Source: Candidatus Cloacimonadota bacterium
Lineage (GTDB): Bacteria > Cloacimonadota > Cloacimonadia > Cloacimonadales > WRIO01
Reading direction: 5' to 3'
DNA: 64,000 nucleotides
Assembly: GCA_029564175.1 (NCBI GenBank)
Contig: JAKQQL010000474.1
Location: 34,441-98,440, forward strand
The notes beneath the pieces are model-generated. The model saw nothing but the letters and a program-made list of their open reading frames with translations. It was not told the origin of the DNA and made no database searches. Both the position numbers and the translations under genes were made by a program. Positions 30,158-39,662 of this stretch are shown here, one piece after another; the first letter of the stretch is position 1; the number at the start of each line of letters is the position of its first letter.

Positions 30158-30607
30158 TTGGTCGTGATAGTAATGATTAACAATGTTATGAAAACAATAA
30201 AAGTATCATTTCAGAAATTTTTCCAATCTTCAAATAAAATAATTCACGTTTCTGGTGATGGTTTTCTAACATTTTTAGAGAAATATAAAGGTGCTAGAAG
30301 AATTATTTTAGTTGTTGTCATTTATATCAACATGCATGCTTTTTGGGTAAGTCAAAAGTTAATACTAATGGGAATTCCACTTGATCCAGAATGGAATTAT
30401 TATCAACTTGGATGGCTTGGATTGTTAGCAACATTTTTAGCCTTTTATACGATGAGTCGTGTTAATGAATTTAAATCAAATACCCCTTGGTCTAGACCAA
30501 ATAGTTGGGGCAAAGAAAATGCAAAAACATCAGCAGAAATGTCAAAACAATTACCACCAAGTGCTGATGAATCAGAAGGCGAAGGGAATCCGCCAGAAGG
30601 AGTTTAA
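30158..30607 (+). CDS. putative holin (two TM segments); true start probably a downstream ATG
   Basis: two hydrophobic segments; directly upstream of the endolysin. Confidence 0.5.
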   Translation: MVVIVMINNVMKTIKVSFQKFFQSSNKIIHVSGDGFLTFLEKYKGARRIILVVVIYINMHAFWVSQKLILMGIPLDPEWNYYQLGWLGLLATFLAFYTMSRVNEFKSNTPWSRPNSWGKENAKTSAEMSKQLPPSADESEGEGNPPEGV

Positions 30608-30609
30608 AT

Positions 30610-31176
30610 ATGTCAATTCAAAAAGTAAAGTTTTTATATGATTATGTAAAAGATATCAATGGAACTGCTAAGACGGAAGGAAAACAAATCAATGTTTATG
30701 GGTTTTGTTGCCAAATTTCATTGGAAACAGCTTATCTCGAAAAATATAGACATTTCAATTTAGCTGGTATTAAATGCACGAAATCATGGGTTAATCGTGG
30801 TGGAGAATGTTTTAATGCGAAAACTCCAGAGGATTTTGGTAAAGGATTTGTTAATACTACTGGATGTTTTAGAAAATATGCTGATATTGATCATTTCTTA
30901 AACGATTATTCTAGATTAATTCATTCATATTACCCTGTTTCAAGCAATAACAATGATTGTGTTTATGGTTATTTTGCCGGTCTTCATGGTAAATGGGCTA
31001 CAGATAGACAGTATTTTAAAAAGCTTTGTCAAGTAGCTAAATTCTTAGGCCCTCATATTTTAGGTTCTGAATGGCAATCGAAATTAACAACTTCTTTCAA
31101 CGTTGCACTTCAAAGAAATCTTCTCGAAGACTGGATGATTGAATGTGTAAAATCAAGTCTTGGAATTAAGGAATGA
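30610..31176 (+). CDS. endolysin, GH73 glucosaminidase-like
   Basis: QISLET, FNLAGIK, FRKY, WATDRQY..KL motifs. Confidence 0.8.
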   Translation: MSIQKVKFLYDYVKDINGTAKTEGKQINVYGFCCQISLETAYLEKYRHFNLAGIKCTKSWVNRGGECFNAKTPEDFGKGFVNTTGCFRKYADIDHFLNDYSRLIHSYYPVSSNNNDCVYGYFAGLHGKWATDRQYFKKLCQVAKFLGPHILGSEWQSKLTTSFNVALQRNLLEDWMIECVKSSLGIKE

Positions 31177-31583
31177 TAAAAATGGAAGAGGAAAAGAAAC
31201 CTTGGTGGCGTGCATTTGGTGAAAAAGTAATTGGGGTTGGATTAGCAATTGGAGCCATATTTCTTTATTTCTTCATGAGTAAAAAATTTGGCAATGCTAA
31301 TGATGACAAGATCAAAGAACTTGAAGATCAAATTGAAAACAGAAATAAAAAGATCAAAGAAATAGAAGAGAATGTCTGTCATTTAGAAGAAGAAGATAAA
31401 CTTGATGAAAAGAAACAGTTTGAATTAGAACTCAAAAGAGAGAAATTAAATGATTTGTTATCCGATAACAAAAAAGAAATTGAGGAATTGAAAAAGAAAC
31501 CACCAGTTAAAAAAGTTGGTAGTGTAAAAGAAGCCATTAATTTTGTTGAAGATAGATATAAAAATAAGAAAGTAGGTAAATAA
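31173..31583 (+). CDS. TM plus coiled-coil protein, i-spanin-like
   Basis: single N-terminal TM then coiled coil; overlaps the endolysin stop. Confidence 0.5.
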   Translation: MIKMEEEKKPWWRAFGEKVIGVGLAIGAIFLYFFMSKKFGNANDDKIKELEDQIENRNKKIKEIEENVCHLEEEDKLDEKKQFELELKREKLNDLLSDNKKEIEELKKKPPVKKVGSVKEAINFVEDRYKNKKVGK

Positions 31584-31586
31584 AGG

Positions 31587-32090
31587 ATGAAAAAGATTCT
31601 TTTGTCATTTGTAATAATTCTTTTATCGGTTAATATTTGTTTCGCTTATGATTATCAAAATGGAAATGTCATTATTCCTGAAAACGATTTTATTCAAATG
31701 GCCAATGAACTAAAAGAAAAAGATATTCTTGAACAAGAAGTCTTATTGTTGAAAGAAAGAATTGATCTTTTAGAATCAAAAGATGTATTGTCAGAAGAAC
31801 AAATTACTGTTATGAAAGAAAGAATTACTGTTAAAGATAGTATGATTACACTCTATAAAGAAAAAGATGAACTTCGTAAACAAAATGAAGAGGACTATAA
31901 AGAAATAATCAAAGAAGAGGAACGTAAGATTAATCAACAAATTCGAAGAACTACAAGAGTAAAGACTATTTCAACAGTGGCTATCTTAACAGCTGGTGCA
32001 TTGGCTTATAGTAATTCGGATGATTCAGGTGCACAAGCTGCAGCCGTTGTTGGAGCTGGACTATTAACATATATGATTAACAATCAGTAG
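31587..32090 (+). CDS. secreted coiled-coil protein with hydrophobic C-terminus, spanin-like
   Basis: signal peptide MKKILLSF..CFA; coiled coil; Ala/Gly-rich hydrophobic tail. Confidence 0.5.
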   Translation: MKKILLSFVIILLSVNICFAYDYQNGNVIIPENDFIQMANELKEKDILEQEVLLLKERIDLLESKDVLSEEQITVMKERITVKDSMITLYKEKDELRKQNEEDYKEIIKEEERKINQQIRRTTRVKTISTVAILTAGALAYSNSDDSGAQAAAVVGAGLLTYMINNQ

Positions 32091-32098
32091 GTGAAATT

Positions 32099-34069
32099 AT
32101 GGCCAATGGAACTTTAATATTGGGGAGATTTACAGTTTTTCATGTCGGACACTATTCACTAATTAAGAATGCTAAGAAAAAATATCCAGAAAACGAATTG
32201 GTTCTAGCTGTTGTATATGGTGAAAAATCATCTAAAGATGTTTCTAAAAATCCAACTTCTTTTGAGGAACGTGAAAGAATCATTACAAAAACATTAAATA
32301 AAAATGGTATGCACCCGTATATACTAGAAGCTAAAACAGGGTATATACCAAAAATGATTACGGATATCAAAGAGAAATTTGATATTGATATTACTGTCAT
32401 TTATTGTGGCACAGATAGACTTTCTACATATCAGAATCAATTAGATAAAGCTCAAATGGGAAATATTAAACTAGAAGAAGTAAAAAGAGATTTGGATACT
32501 GATTTATCAAAAGTAGAATCAAAAGAAGAATTAACAAAAAAGGCTTCTGCTACAGAAGTTAGAAAATCTGTTTCAAACAATGATTTTGAAAATTTTAGCT
32601 CCTTAATGCCAGAAGGATTAGATACTGATGACATGAAGGATATCTGGAATATTATGAGAACAGCCTTTAAAGAAAAGGGTTTGATTAATCATATTCTTGT
32701 TTCTGGTATTACTCATTTGGAAGACCTTGATATTGATGAATTCATTCATTTTGTAGAAAACTTCTATTCTGAAAATATTGTTAAGATTCAAAAACTTGAC
32801 GGAACTTTCAATATGTCAATTGTCAAAGAAAATGGAAAGATTCAATATAAGAGACTAGCTAAGAAACAAGATGAACCATTTACGGCAGATTCATTACCTG
32901 AAAATCCTATTTATAATGCTCTTCGTTCTGCCTGTCTTGCTTGTGATTTTATTCAGAATACTCTTGACTTTCTTTTGAGTGATGGGGATGCTGTTGATTG
33001 TGAGGTTCTTTATTCTTCACAGCCAAATACTGTGGCATACAATTTAGATAAAAACTATCTGGCTTTCCTCCGAATGCTCCAAGGAGACCAGTCAAAAATT
33101 GAAAAACTCCGTGAAAACCTTCAAGGAAATACCGTCTCGGTCAGGACACCGACCTATTTCTATAATTGGGATACAAATACTATTGAAATGAAAAATCAAG
33201 AAGATATTTGGGCCTTTACAACTCCACAAGTCATCACACAAGTTGAAGGGGAACAAACGGATCAATTAGAAATTTTGAAACAGTGGTTAGAAAATCAAAA
33301 TGATATTCTTCCTGATAAGACAAATTTTGATGTTATGAAATTGTCTTTGGTTGGTCTGAATAAAGATACTAAACAACAATATAAATCAGCTAGGGAATCT
33401 GCTTTAGAAGAAGCTCGAAAGATGAAGATCAATATTAAACAACATCTTGTGGAAAATGTTCTAAAGAAAATGAATTTTGATTTAGGTGGAACAAATCAAG
33501 AAGGTATTGTTTTACGTGATGATGAATTGAAACTCATCACAAAATTAATTGATAGAGAAGGATTTACCAAGACAAATAAACTAAATTGGAAATATATTGA
33601 AATGTCTACAAAGGGAATTAAATTGGATGATGGAACATGGTTGACAGGAGTAATGGCACAATTAAATGAAAATATTTCAAATACCTTTAATGTTCCTATG
33701 TTGAAAAATCCAAGTCAATTTGTTCGATATTGCAAAAATCAAACTGATTTAAATTCTAATATTCTTGCTGTTTCAAGATTTGTTGAATCAAGTATTGATA
33801 CTAACAATAGTAATTCAAAACTATTATTAATCAATAATTCTATTCGTAATGCTAAATTACAGATTAAAGAATTATTGGATGAATCAAAAATTGATGATAA
33901 TCTTTCTCCAAGAATGAAAGAAAGAACTAGTGATAGTTTGGGGATGGTATTTAATAAATTGAATGACCTATCCTCTTTTATAGGAGACTTGGTATCAAAA
34001 CAAGATATGACTGATAATGCTAGAATAACAGCTTTCTTAATTGCCTTCATTAATGTTGAGGATGAATAA
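32099..34069 (+). CDS. HxGH cytidyltransferase-like domain fused to an RNA-ligase-like nucleotidyltransferase domain
   Basis: GRF..FHVGH, GTDR, SATEVR; then QKLDG, CEVL, EGIVLR, KLI. Confidence 0.65.
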   Translation: MANGTLILGRFTVFHVGHYSLIKNAKKKYPENELVLAVVYGEKSSKDVSKNPTSFEERERIITKTLNKNGMHPYILEAKTGYIPKMITDIKEKFDIDITVIYCGTDRLSTYQNQLDKAQMGNIKLEEVKRDLDTDLSKVESKEELTKKASATEVRKSVSNNDFENFSSLMPEGLDTDDMKDIWNIMRTAFKEKGLINHILVSGITHLEDLDIDEFIHFVENFYSENIVKIQKLDGTFNMSIVKENGKIQYKRLAKKQDEPFTADSLPENPIYNALRSACLACDFIQNTLDFLLSDGDAVDCEVLYSSQPNTVAYNLDKNYLAFLRMLQGDQSKIEKLRENLQGNTVSVRTPTYFYNWDTNTIEMKNQEDIWAFTTPQVITQVEGEQTDQLEILKQWLENQNDILPDKTNFDVMKLSLVGLNKDTKQQYKSARESALEEARKMKINIKQHLVENVLKKMNFDLGGTNQEGIVLRDDELKLITKLIDREGFTKTNKLNWKYIEMSTKGIKLDDGTWLTGVMAQLNENISNTFNVPMLKNPSQFVRYCKNQTDLNSNILAVSRFVESSIDTNNSNSKLLLINNSIRNAKLQIKELLDESKIDDNLSPRMKERTSDSLGMVFNKLNDLSSFIGDLVSKQDMTDNARITAFLIAFINVEDE

Positions 34070-34071
34070 AA

Positions 34072-34788
34072 ATGAAAGATATTTATGATGAAATCATTTT
34101 ATCTTTTGCAATGCCTCAAAAATCAACATTGACATTTGTTGATATTGATGATACACTATTCAACACGGCAGCACGAATAAGGGTAATTGATAAAGAAGGA
34201 AATATAATCAAAACATTATCCAATTCAGAATTCAATCATTATAAATTGAATCCCGGAGAATCATACGATTTTGCAGAATTCAAAAGTTCAAAAATATTTC
34301 ATGATCAAAGTAAACCAATTCAGAAAAATATTGAAAGAGTTAAAAAGATTATAAATAAAATTCAATCTGGTTCACAAATGGGCAAAGTTATTATTTTAAC
34401 TGCAAGAAGTTCTTTTGATGATAAAAATCTATTCCTTCAAACATTTAGAAATTGTGGAATTGATATTGACAATAAAGATATCATTTATGTTGAAAGAACT
34501 GGTGATATTGAAACGGATGAACCAATTCCAGAAAAGAAAAATAAAACAATTTTAAAATATCTTTCTACTGGTCAATATAATGTTGTTAAATTAATTGATG
34601 ATCATATTGGAAATATAAATGGATTCAGGAATTTTGCTAATTCTTTTGCTGAGAAATATCCAGACATAATTGAAACGATTCGAAAAAACTTTCCACAAAA
34701 TAAGGAGGTTCCATTCAACAATACAATCATCTGGTGGCCACTACTCACAGACCCAAATACCGGAACTGTGAAATTGATCCACGTCTAG
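34072..34788 (+). CDS. HAD-superfamily phosphatase (PNKP-phosphatase-like)
   Basis: FVDIDDTLF, ILTAR, K, LIDDHIGN motifs. Confidence 0.75.
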   Translation: MKDIYDEIILSFAMPQKSTLTFVDIDDTLFNTAARIRVIDKEGNIIKTLSNSEFNHYKLNPGESYDFAEFKSSKIFHDQSKPIQKNIERVKKIINKIQSGSQMGKVIILTARSSFDDKNLFLQTFRNCGIDIDNKDIIYVERTGDIETDEPIPEKKNKTILKYLSTGQYNVVKLIDDHIGNINGFRNFANSFAEKYPDIIETIRKNFPQNKEVPFNNTIIWWPLLTDPNTGTVKLIHV

Positions 34789-34822
34789 AAAAAGAGGGGG
34801 CTTGACAGCTTCCTCTTTTTTT
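34789..34822 (+). terminator. intrinsic terminator overlapping a promoter
   Basis: AAAAGAGGGGGC..GCTTCCTCTTTT plus T run. Confidence 0.75.
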
Positions 34823-34830
34823 GGTATTAT
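34802..34830 (+). promoter_or_regulatory. sigma70/SigA-type promoter
   Basis: TTGACA-N17-TATTAT with extended -10 TG. Confidence 0.8.
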
Positions 34831-34885
34831 AGTCTTGTCAACGGTTGAGGACAGATCACAAAAAATTCGGAGGTGTGTGTGAGAC

Positions 34886-35395
34886 ATGAATTTTAAATGG
34901 TTTGATTTGAATCAAATTGATGACATTAATGAATTGAAAAAGTGTTTTCGGAATTTGATTCTTCATCATCATCCAGATCGTGGTGGCAAAGAATTTGATA
35001 TGAAAGAAATCAATGATGAATACGAAAAAGTTTTTAACTATTTCACTACAATGCCCGGATTCAATGCAAAAAAAGATGGCCAGGTTGATGACATGTTCCG
35101 GGAAATCATTGAAGAACTTTCGAAGTATGACAATATTGATATTGATATTACGGGGAGTTGGGTTTGGGTTTCTGGAAAGGGAACTTTTTCAATCAAGTCC
35201 GTTTTGATGGAATTGGGATTTAAATATTCCGGGGTAAAAAAGATGTGGTATTATGTTCCAGAAGGTCAAAAGAAAAAGATTCACAAGGGTTATAAAGGAT
35301 TTAAGGAATATTCCACGGTAAAAGCAATGTGGGGCGGTCAAACGGTTGTTCATAATGAGAAGAAAAATGAAGAACTTGTTGGAAAGAAAGGATAA
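34886..35395 (+). CDS. J-domain (DnaJ-like) protein
   Basis: ELKKCFRNLILHHHPDRGG..MKEINDEYE; C-terminal GSWVWV..LGFKY..KKMWY; GGAGG RBS. Confidence 0.8.
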   Translation: MNFKWFDLNQIDDINELKKCFRNLILHHHPDRGGKEFDMKEINDEYEKVFNYFTTMPGFNAKKDGQVDDMFREIIEELSKYDNIDIDITGSWVWVSGKGTFSIKSVLMELGFKYSGVKKMWYYVPEGQKKKIHKGYKGFKEYSTVKAMWGGQTVVHNEKKNEELVGKKG

Positions 35396-35397
35396 AA

Positions 35398-35616
35398 ATG
35401 AAGAAGTTTGAATCTTTTGAAGATAAGGTTGAGGAAGTTTCCCTTTGGTTTTTGAATGATGAAGGTCTTTATCGGGTAATGTTTCGAGTTGATAATGCGT
35501 ATGATTTCTTTCCTACTCTAAAGAGTCTTGGCATTTTGTCGATCAATGATATCACCCTTAATCACGAACTTTGCCGAGAAGTTTATTATCGTTGTATGGA
35601 AGGGGAAAGTGAATAA
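35398..35616 (+). CDS. hypothetical protein
   Basis: ORF coupled to the previous gene. Confidence 0.6.
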   Translation: MKKFESFEDKVEEVSLWFLNDEGLYRVMFRVDNAYDFFPTLKSLGILSINDITLNHELCREVYYRCMEGESE

Positions 35617-35685
35617 TGAATATTCATGTTAATAGGTTGATTGGTGGAAGCGTTCTAATAAGTAGTTATATAAGAAGAAGAGTAT

Positions 35686-36057
35686 GGGAAGGGGGGGATC
35701 TTATAGATCCCCACTCCCTTAATAATATTATTAAAAGGAAGGAAGTGTATAAAATATGAATAATGATATCCTTTCTAAGCAAATTAGTATAATTTGTGAA
35801 GCAATTAATCGCGGTAATAATGATATTCAAAACATTCTAAATTATTATAATAATAAGATTAATGAACCCCAAAAGAAATTAACACTACCTATTATGAATG
35901 AGTTGGAAGCAATTAATGTGTTAATGATGATGTATCATCTATACAAGATGATACACATTAAGTATGATTATAACAATTATATGAATAATATGTATTATAT
36001 AATTTAGTGTTTTGATGGGGAATCTTAAAAAGATTCCCCATTTGCGCGTAAGCGCAA
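35686..36057. repeat. pair of related palindromes flanking an AT-rich tract
   Basis: GGGGATCT-TAT-AGATCCCC near 35694-35712; ATGGGGAATCTT-AAA-AAGATTCCCCAT 36015-36041; TTGCGC-GTAA-GCGCAA 36042-36057. Confidence 0.75.
35756..36007 (+). CDS. possible Asn-rich hypothetical protein
   Basis: ORF with AAGGAAG upstream but low complexity. Confidence 0.35.
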   Translation: MNNDILSKQISIICEAINRGNNDIQNILNYYNNKINEPQKKLTLPIMNELEAINVLMMMYHLYKMIHIKYDYNNYMNNMYYII

Positions 36058-36067
36058 TATTCATTAT

Positions 36068-36280
36068 ATGATGGTGTTAATAAGGTTAGGAATGGTTAGA
36101 ATGGAATGTATTCATCGCCATCCAATAATTCAAAAACTTTTTAAGAAAGCTGAAACTCAAAGTCATTTCTATTTTCTTTTAAAGAAAGAAAACATCTTTC
36201 ATGTTCCCGGTCATACCGATTCTGTAATCACTCCGTCTATTGCCTATGAAGCTTTTGATATAATTCATTCGAAAGATTAA
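36068..36280 (+). CDS. hypothetical protein (start uncertain)
   Basis: ORF ending before a terminator. Confidence 0.4.
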   Translation: MMVLIRLGMVRMECIHRHPIIQKLFKKAETQSHFYFLLKKENIFHVPGHTDSVITPSIAYEAFDIIHSKD

Positions 36281-36287
36281 AGAAGAC

Positions 36288-36316
36288 GGGAGAGGATAAT
36301 TCCTCTCCCTTTTTTA
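36288..36316. terminator. terminator at a convergent junction
   Basis: GGGAGAGGA-TAAT-TCCTCTCCC plus T run. Confidence 0.85.
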
Positions 36317-36317
36317 T

Positions 36318-37328
36318 TTATAGATTTTTCAATCCAAAAGGACAATAATTTATATACTCAACCATGACACCTTTATATCTTGGATCATCAATTTGTCTTC
36401 TTTGATTCTCCAAATTCTTTGCCATATAAGCAGCATATAGAATAGAATATGTAATACTCAATTCGATTTCGGATTTGCTCTTATCAACATGAAGATTTTC
36501 AAACTCTGGAAACTCTTCATACAACCATTCAACATACTGATTATAATGTTCAGGGATTAACCTCAAAGCAATATGGAAAATTCGAATCAAATGTTCAAAA
36601 AGTTTTCTTGTTGAATATTCCATTCCCGAAAGAATAAGAATACTATAATGATCATCTGGATAATTCTTCCAAGGTTTCCAATTGATATACCTCATGAATG
36701 TTCTATTTTCCAGATGCATATATTGAAGGGTTTTCCAAATTTCGGAAATACAAAGCCAATTATTATCTTCTATTACGGGCAATGAATGAACTTCCTGAAT
36801 AATGTGAGAAGATTTTCGTTCGAGTGTTTCATGAACACAATTATAAATATCTGGAGTATTTACAATTAGATTTTTTAAACAAATATTATTAATCATATCT
36901 CTCTTTTCATGAGAAAGAATACATCTTTGTTCTTCAATATAATCAATATACTGAAAAATAAAATGAGCAACATCAACAATTTCTTCAATTGTTAAAAAAT
37001 ATTTCTTTTCTTTATCATACTGTTGATTACTCAAAGCATTGTCAACTTCATATAATTCATCATGAAGAGCCTGAAAATTTGTAGAATAAAAATTACGATA
37101 GTAATGATTCAAAAAAGGCAATCCCTTAAATTCTGAATCAACATGAAGCCAGTCAATATATCTTTTAGTAAGATAATTCCTTACCAATGAATATTGCATC
37201 TTCAACATATCATGAAGTAGCAAATTCCGATAAGCATCATTATGAACAAATTCAGTATACAAATTCGGAATCTTGCCCAGAACCTTAAATCCTCTATGGA
37301 TGTTTTTATTAATTGTAATGTCCGACAT
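36318..37328 (-). CDS. all-alpha dimeric dUTPase/dCTPase-like protein (gp56/MazG superfamily)
   Basis: DELYEV, EEIVDVAHF, WKPWK, YMAKNLENQRRQ. Confidence 0.75.
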   Translation of the reverse strand: MSDITINKNIHRGFKVLGKIPNLYTEFVHNDAYRNLLLHDMLKMQYSLVRNYLTKRYIDWLHVDSEFKGLPFLNHYYRNFYSTNFQALHDELYEVDNALSNQQYDKEKKYFLTIEEIVDVAHFIFQYIDYIEEQRCILSHEKRDMINNICLKNLIVNTPDIYNCVHETLERKSSHIIQEVHSLPVIEDNNWLCISEIWKTLQYMHLENRTFMRYINWKPWKNYPDDHYSILILSGMEYSTRKLFEHLIRIFHIALRLIPEHYNQYVEWLYEEFPEFENLHVDKSKSEIELSITYSILYAAYMAKNLENQRRQIDDPRYKGVMVEYINYCPFGLKNL

Positions 37329-37331
37329 TAA

Positions 37332-38591
37332 TTAGTCCTCCGAATCTTCATCTTCATCATTTTTAGAACTACTTTCTTCAATTTCATTTAGATGTTCAGG
37401 GTCTTCAATTTCTTCCTGACCAATCAATCTATTAATTTCTAAGAAATTAGCATCAATATAGTTTTCAACATCTTCTGTTAATTGATTTAATTCATCTATT
37501 CCTTGAAGTCTCTCATACAATTCTTTTGCATAAAACTTATCATCCGGTTCATTGGCAAAATAACAATAGGCACCAGCCTTTTTCATATAACCAATATCAA
37601 CCATTATTTTAGCAAAATTAGCAAGAGACTGTTTGAGAGTAAATCCATTCATATAATCAAAATATGCTTCAATAGATTGACGTGGTTTGAACAGTCGATT
37701 TTTCACTGGTGTTGAAATTTTAACAATTTGACCTTCAATATCTTGTTTTCCTTTTGCAATTCGAACAAGAACATCTGAATTATGTTTCAATCCCTGTCCA
37801 CCAGGCAAACTATATTTATCAGCGTGTCCAATAACTTGCATATTGATTCTTGATTGTTGAATTAAAACAAGACCAACATTAGCTTTTTCAATTATACGTT
37901 TTACTTTTTTCATATTACGATTGATGACTTTTGCAGCTGAAGCTATTTCAACTTGATCCATTTTTCTTTCATTTTCATCACTTGTCAAAGTTCCTGCAAG
38001 TGAATCATATACAATTAAAACACCTTTATCATTGACATTATGAGCAATTGCCAATTCAGAAATTTTCTCAACAATATCAAATGCTTCTTCAATACACGTA
38101 GGCCACAAATGTTTAATTTTTGACCAGTCAATACCAAGTTGGGCAAAACGTCTTTTTTCAAGGGCCCTTTCAGTATCCAGAAAGACAGGTAATACCCCTT
38201 GTTCAATGGCTACTTTCAGAAGCCTTGCAATCATACTTGTTTTGCCGCTTCCTTCCGGCCCATAGAACGTTGTAATTTTACCATTTAGGGGTATGCCCCC
38301 TGTTCTTGGTCTTCCAGAAATGAAAAAATTAAAATCAGGTAAACCAGTATCCATAAAGGTCGTATCTTTCAATTGTGTAATAAGAGAATTTGGATAGGCT
38401 TTTCCAAGAAATTTGTCCAATGCCGAACCAAAATCGCCAGAAGGTTTGGATGTTGTTTTAGCAGTTTTCCTTCCTCGTTTTGGTTTCTCTCCTACAGCAT
38501 GAACAATTTCTTCAGCGGTTTCAACAATAGATTCATCAGTGGCGGAAGAATCAACTTCCGCCACTGCAACTTTCTTTTTAAGTCTTGGCAT
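37332..38591 (-). CDS. uvsX: UvsX/RecA-like recombinase
   Basis: GPEGSGKT, FLDTERAL, IVYDSL, PGGQGLKH. Confidence 0.9.
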   Translation of the reverse strand: MPRLKKKVAVAEVDSSATDESIVETAEEIVHAVGEKPKRGRKTAKTTSKPSGDFGSALDKFLGKAYPNSLITQLKDTTFMDTGLPDFNFFISGRPRTGGIPLNGKITTFYGPEGSGKTSMIARLLKVAIEQGVLPVFLDTERALEKRRFAQLGIDWSKIKHLWPTCIEEAFDIVEKISELAIAHNVNDKGVLIVYDSLAGTLTSDENERKMDQVEIASAAKVINRNMKKVKRIIEKANVGLVLIQQSRINMQVIGHADKYSLPGGQGLKHNSDVLVRIAKGKQDIEGQIVKISTPVKNRLFKPRQSIEAYFDYMNGFTLKQSLANFAKIMVDIGYMKKAGAYCYFANEPDDKFYAKELYERLQGIDELNQLTEDVENYIDANFLEINRLIGQEEIEDPEHLNEIEESSSKNDEDEDSED

Positions 38592-38597
38592 TAGATA

Positions 38598-39662
38598 TTA
38601 CTCCTTCATTTCTTTCTTCAAATCTTCCAACCAAGAATCATCAGACTGAACATCTTCATCCTTCGGCTTTGGTTCTGCCTTCTTGGATGGTCTGCCAGGT
38701 TTCTTCTTTTCCTTTGGTTCTTCTTGTTCTTCTATTTTAGCTCTAGATGGTTTCTTTCCACGATATGCCATCATTTCCTCTGTAGCTGAAATTTCCTCAT
38801 CCATATCCATTGGCAATTCTTCAAAAGATTCATCTTCATCACTTTCACGAGAAGGTTTACTCTTAGAAATTTTCGAAGCTCTTGACATCAGACTTCCTAC
38901 ATTGCCACTACCCAATTTCTTACCAGTTTTAGAACCCGTTTTCCCTTTACTATCACCATCACCCAAATCAGGGCAGAAGCTTTTCTTAAAAATACTCAAC
39001 ATAGTTTCCATGTATTCAATCAATTTAGGACTTACTTTATTGGGGAAACAAACTGTCTCAAGGTCTTCAATTTCATCCATTGTAAAGCCCAACTCTTCAA
39101 AAGATTCATCGGAAAGTTTAACATCCTCAACAATTGGCCATCCTTCGTCCGAGGTGCCAACATAAAGATCAAAGCCTTCCGTTTCAATTCTTTCTACATC
39201 TTCATCATTCATATTTTCATTAATGAAAGAAAGAATATCCCTCAAGAACATATCAGAATAAGTAAACTGATATCTCTTACCAGTTTTATATGAGAATACC
39301 ATTGAAGCAATATTATCTTTAGCAACAATTTTCTTCCAGATATCTTTACCTAGTCTATTCTTTTCAATAAATGAACACAGTGGGCAATCCCCTAATACAT
39401 GACCTTCCCTATTGGTAGAAGAAAGACATGTTGCAACTTTCCATCCAGAAGACACTTGAAACATGTGCAACTTATATTCAAGAAACCAAAGATCATCCTT
39501 CTGTGGAAGGATTCGAATAACACCTTTATGTTCTGCAATATTCTTTGGGTATAGTCTTTCAAGACGATCTTCTTTATTTGAAGAAGATTTATTTTCAGAA
39601 GAAGTCTTTGCCTGGTTCAACCTATTTAACACCGAATTATAACGATCTTTAATGCCTGCCAT
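38598..39662 (-). CDS. gp32-like single-stranded DNA-binding protein
   Basis: VIRILP, H..F, CL..CPLC zinc site, acidic tail. Confidence 0.8.
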   Translation of the reverse strand: MAGIKDRYNSVLNRLNQAKTSSENKSSSNKEDRLERLYPKNIAEHKGVIRILPQKDDLWFLEYKLHMFQVSSGWKVATCLSSTNREGHVLGDCPLCSFIEKNRLGKDIWKKIVAKDNIASMVFSYKTGKRYQFTYSDMFLRDILSFINENMNDEDVERIETEGFDLYVGTSDEGWPIVEDVKLSDESFEELGFTMDEIEDLETVCFPNKVSPKLIEYMETMLSIFKKSFCPDLGDGDSKGKTGSKTGKKLGSGNVGSLMSRASKISKSKPSRESDEDESFEELPMDMDEEISATEEMMAYRGKKPSRAKIEEQEEPKEKKKPGRPSKKAEPKPKDEDVQSDDSWLEDLKKEMKE

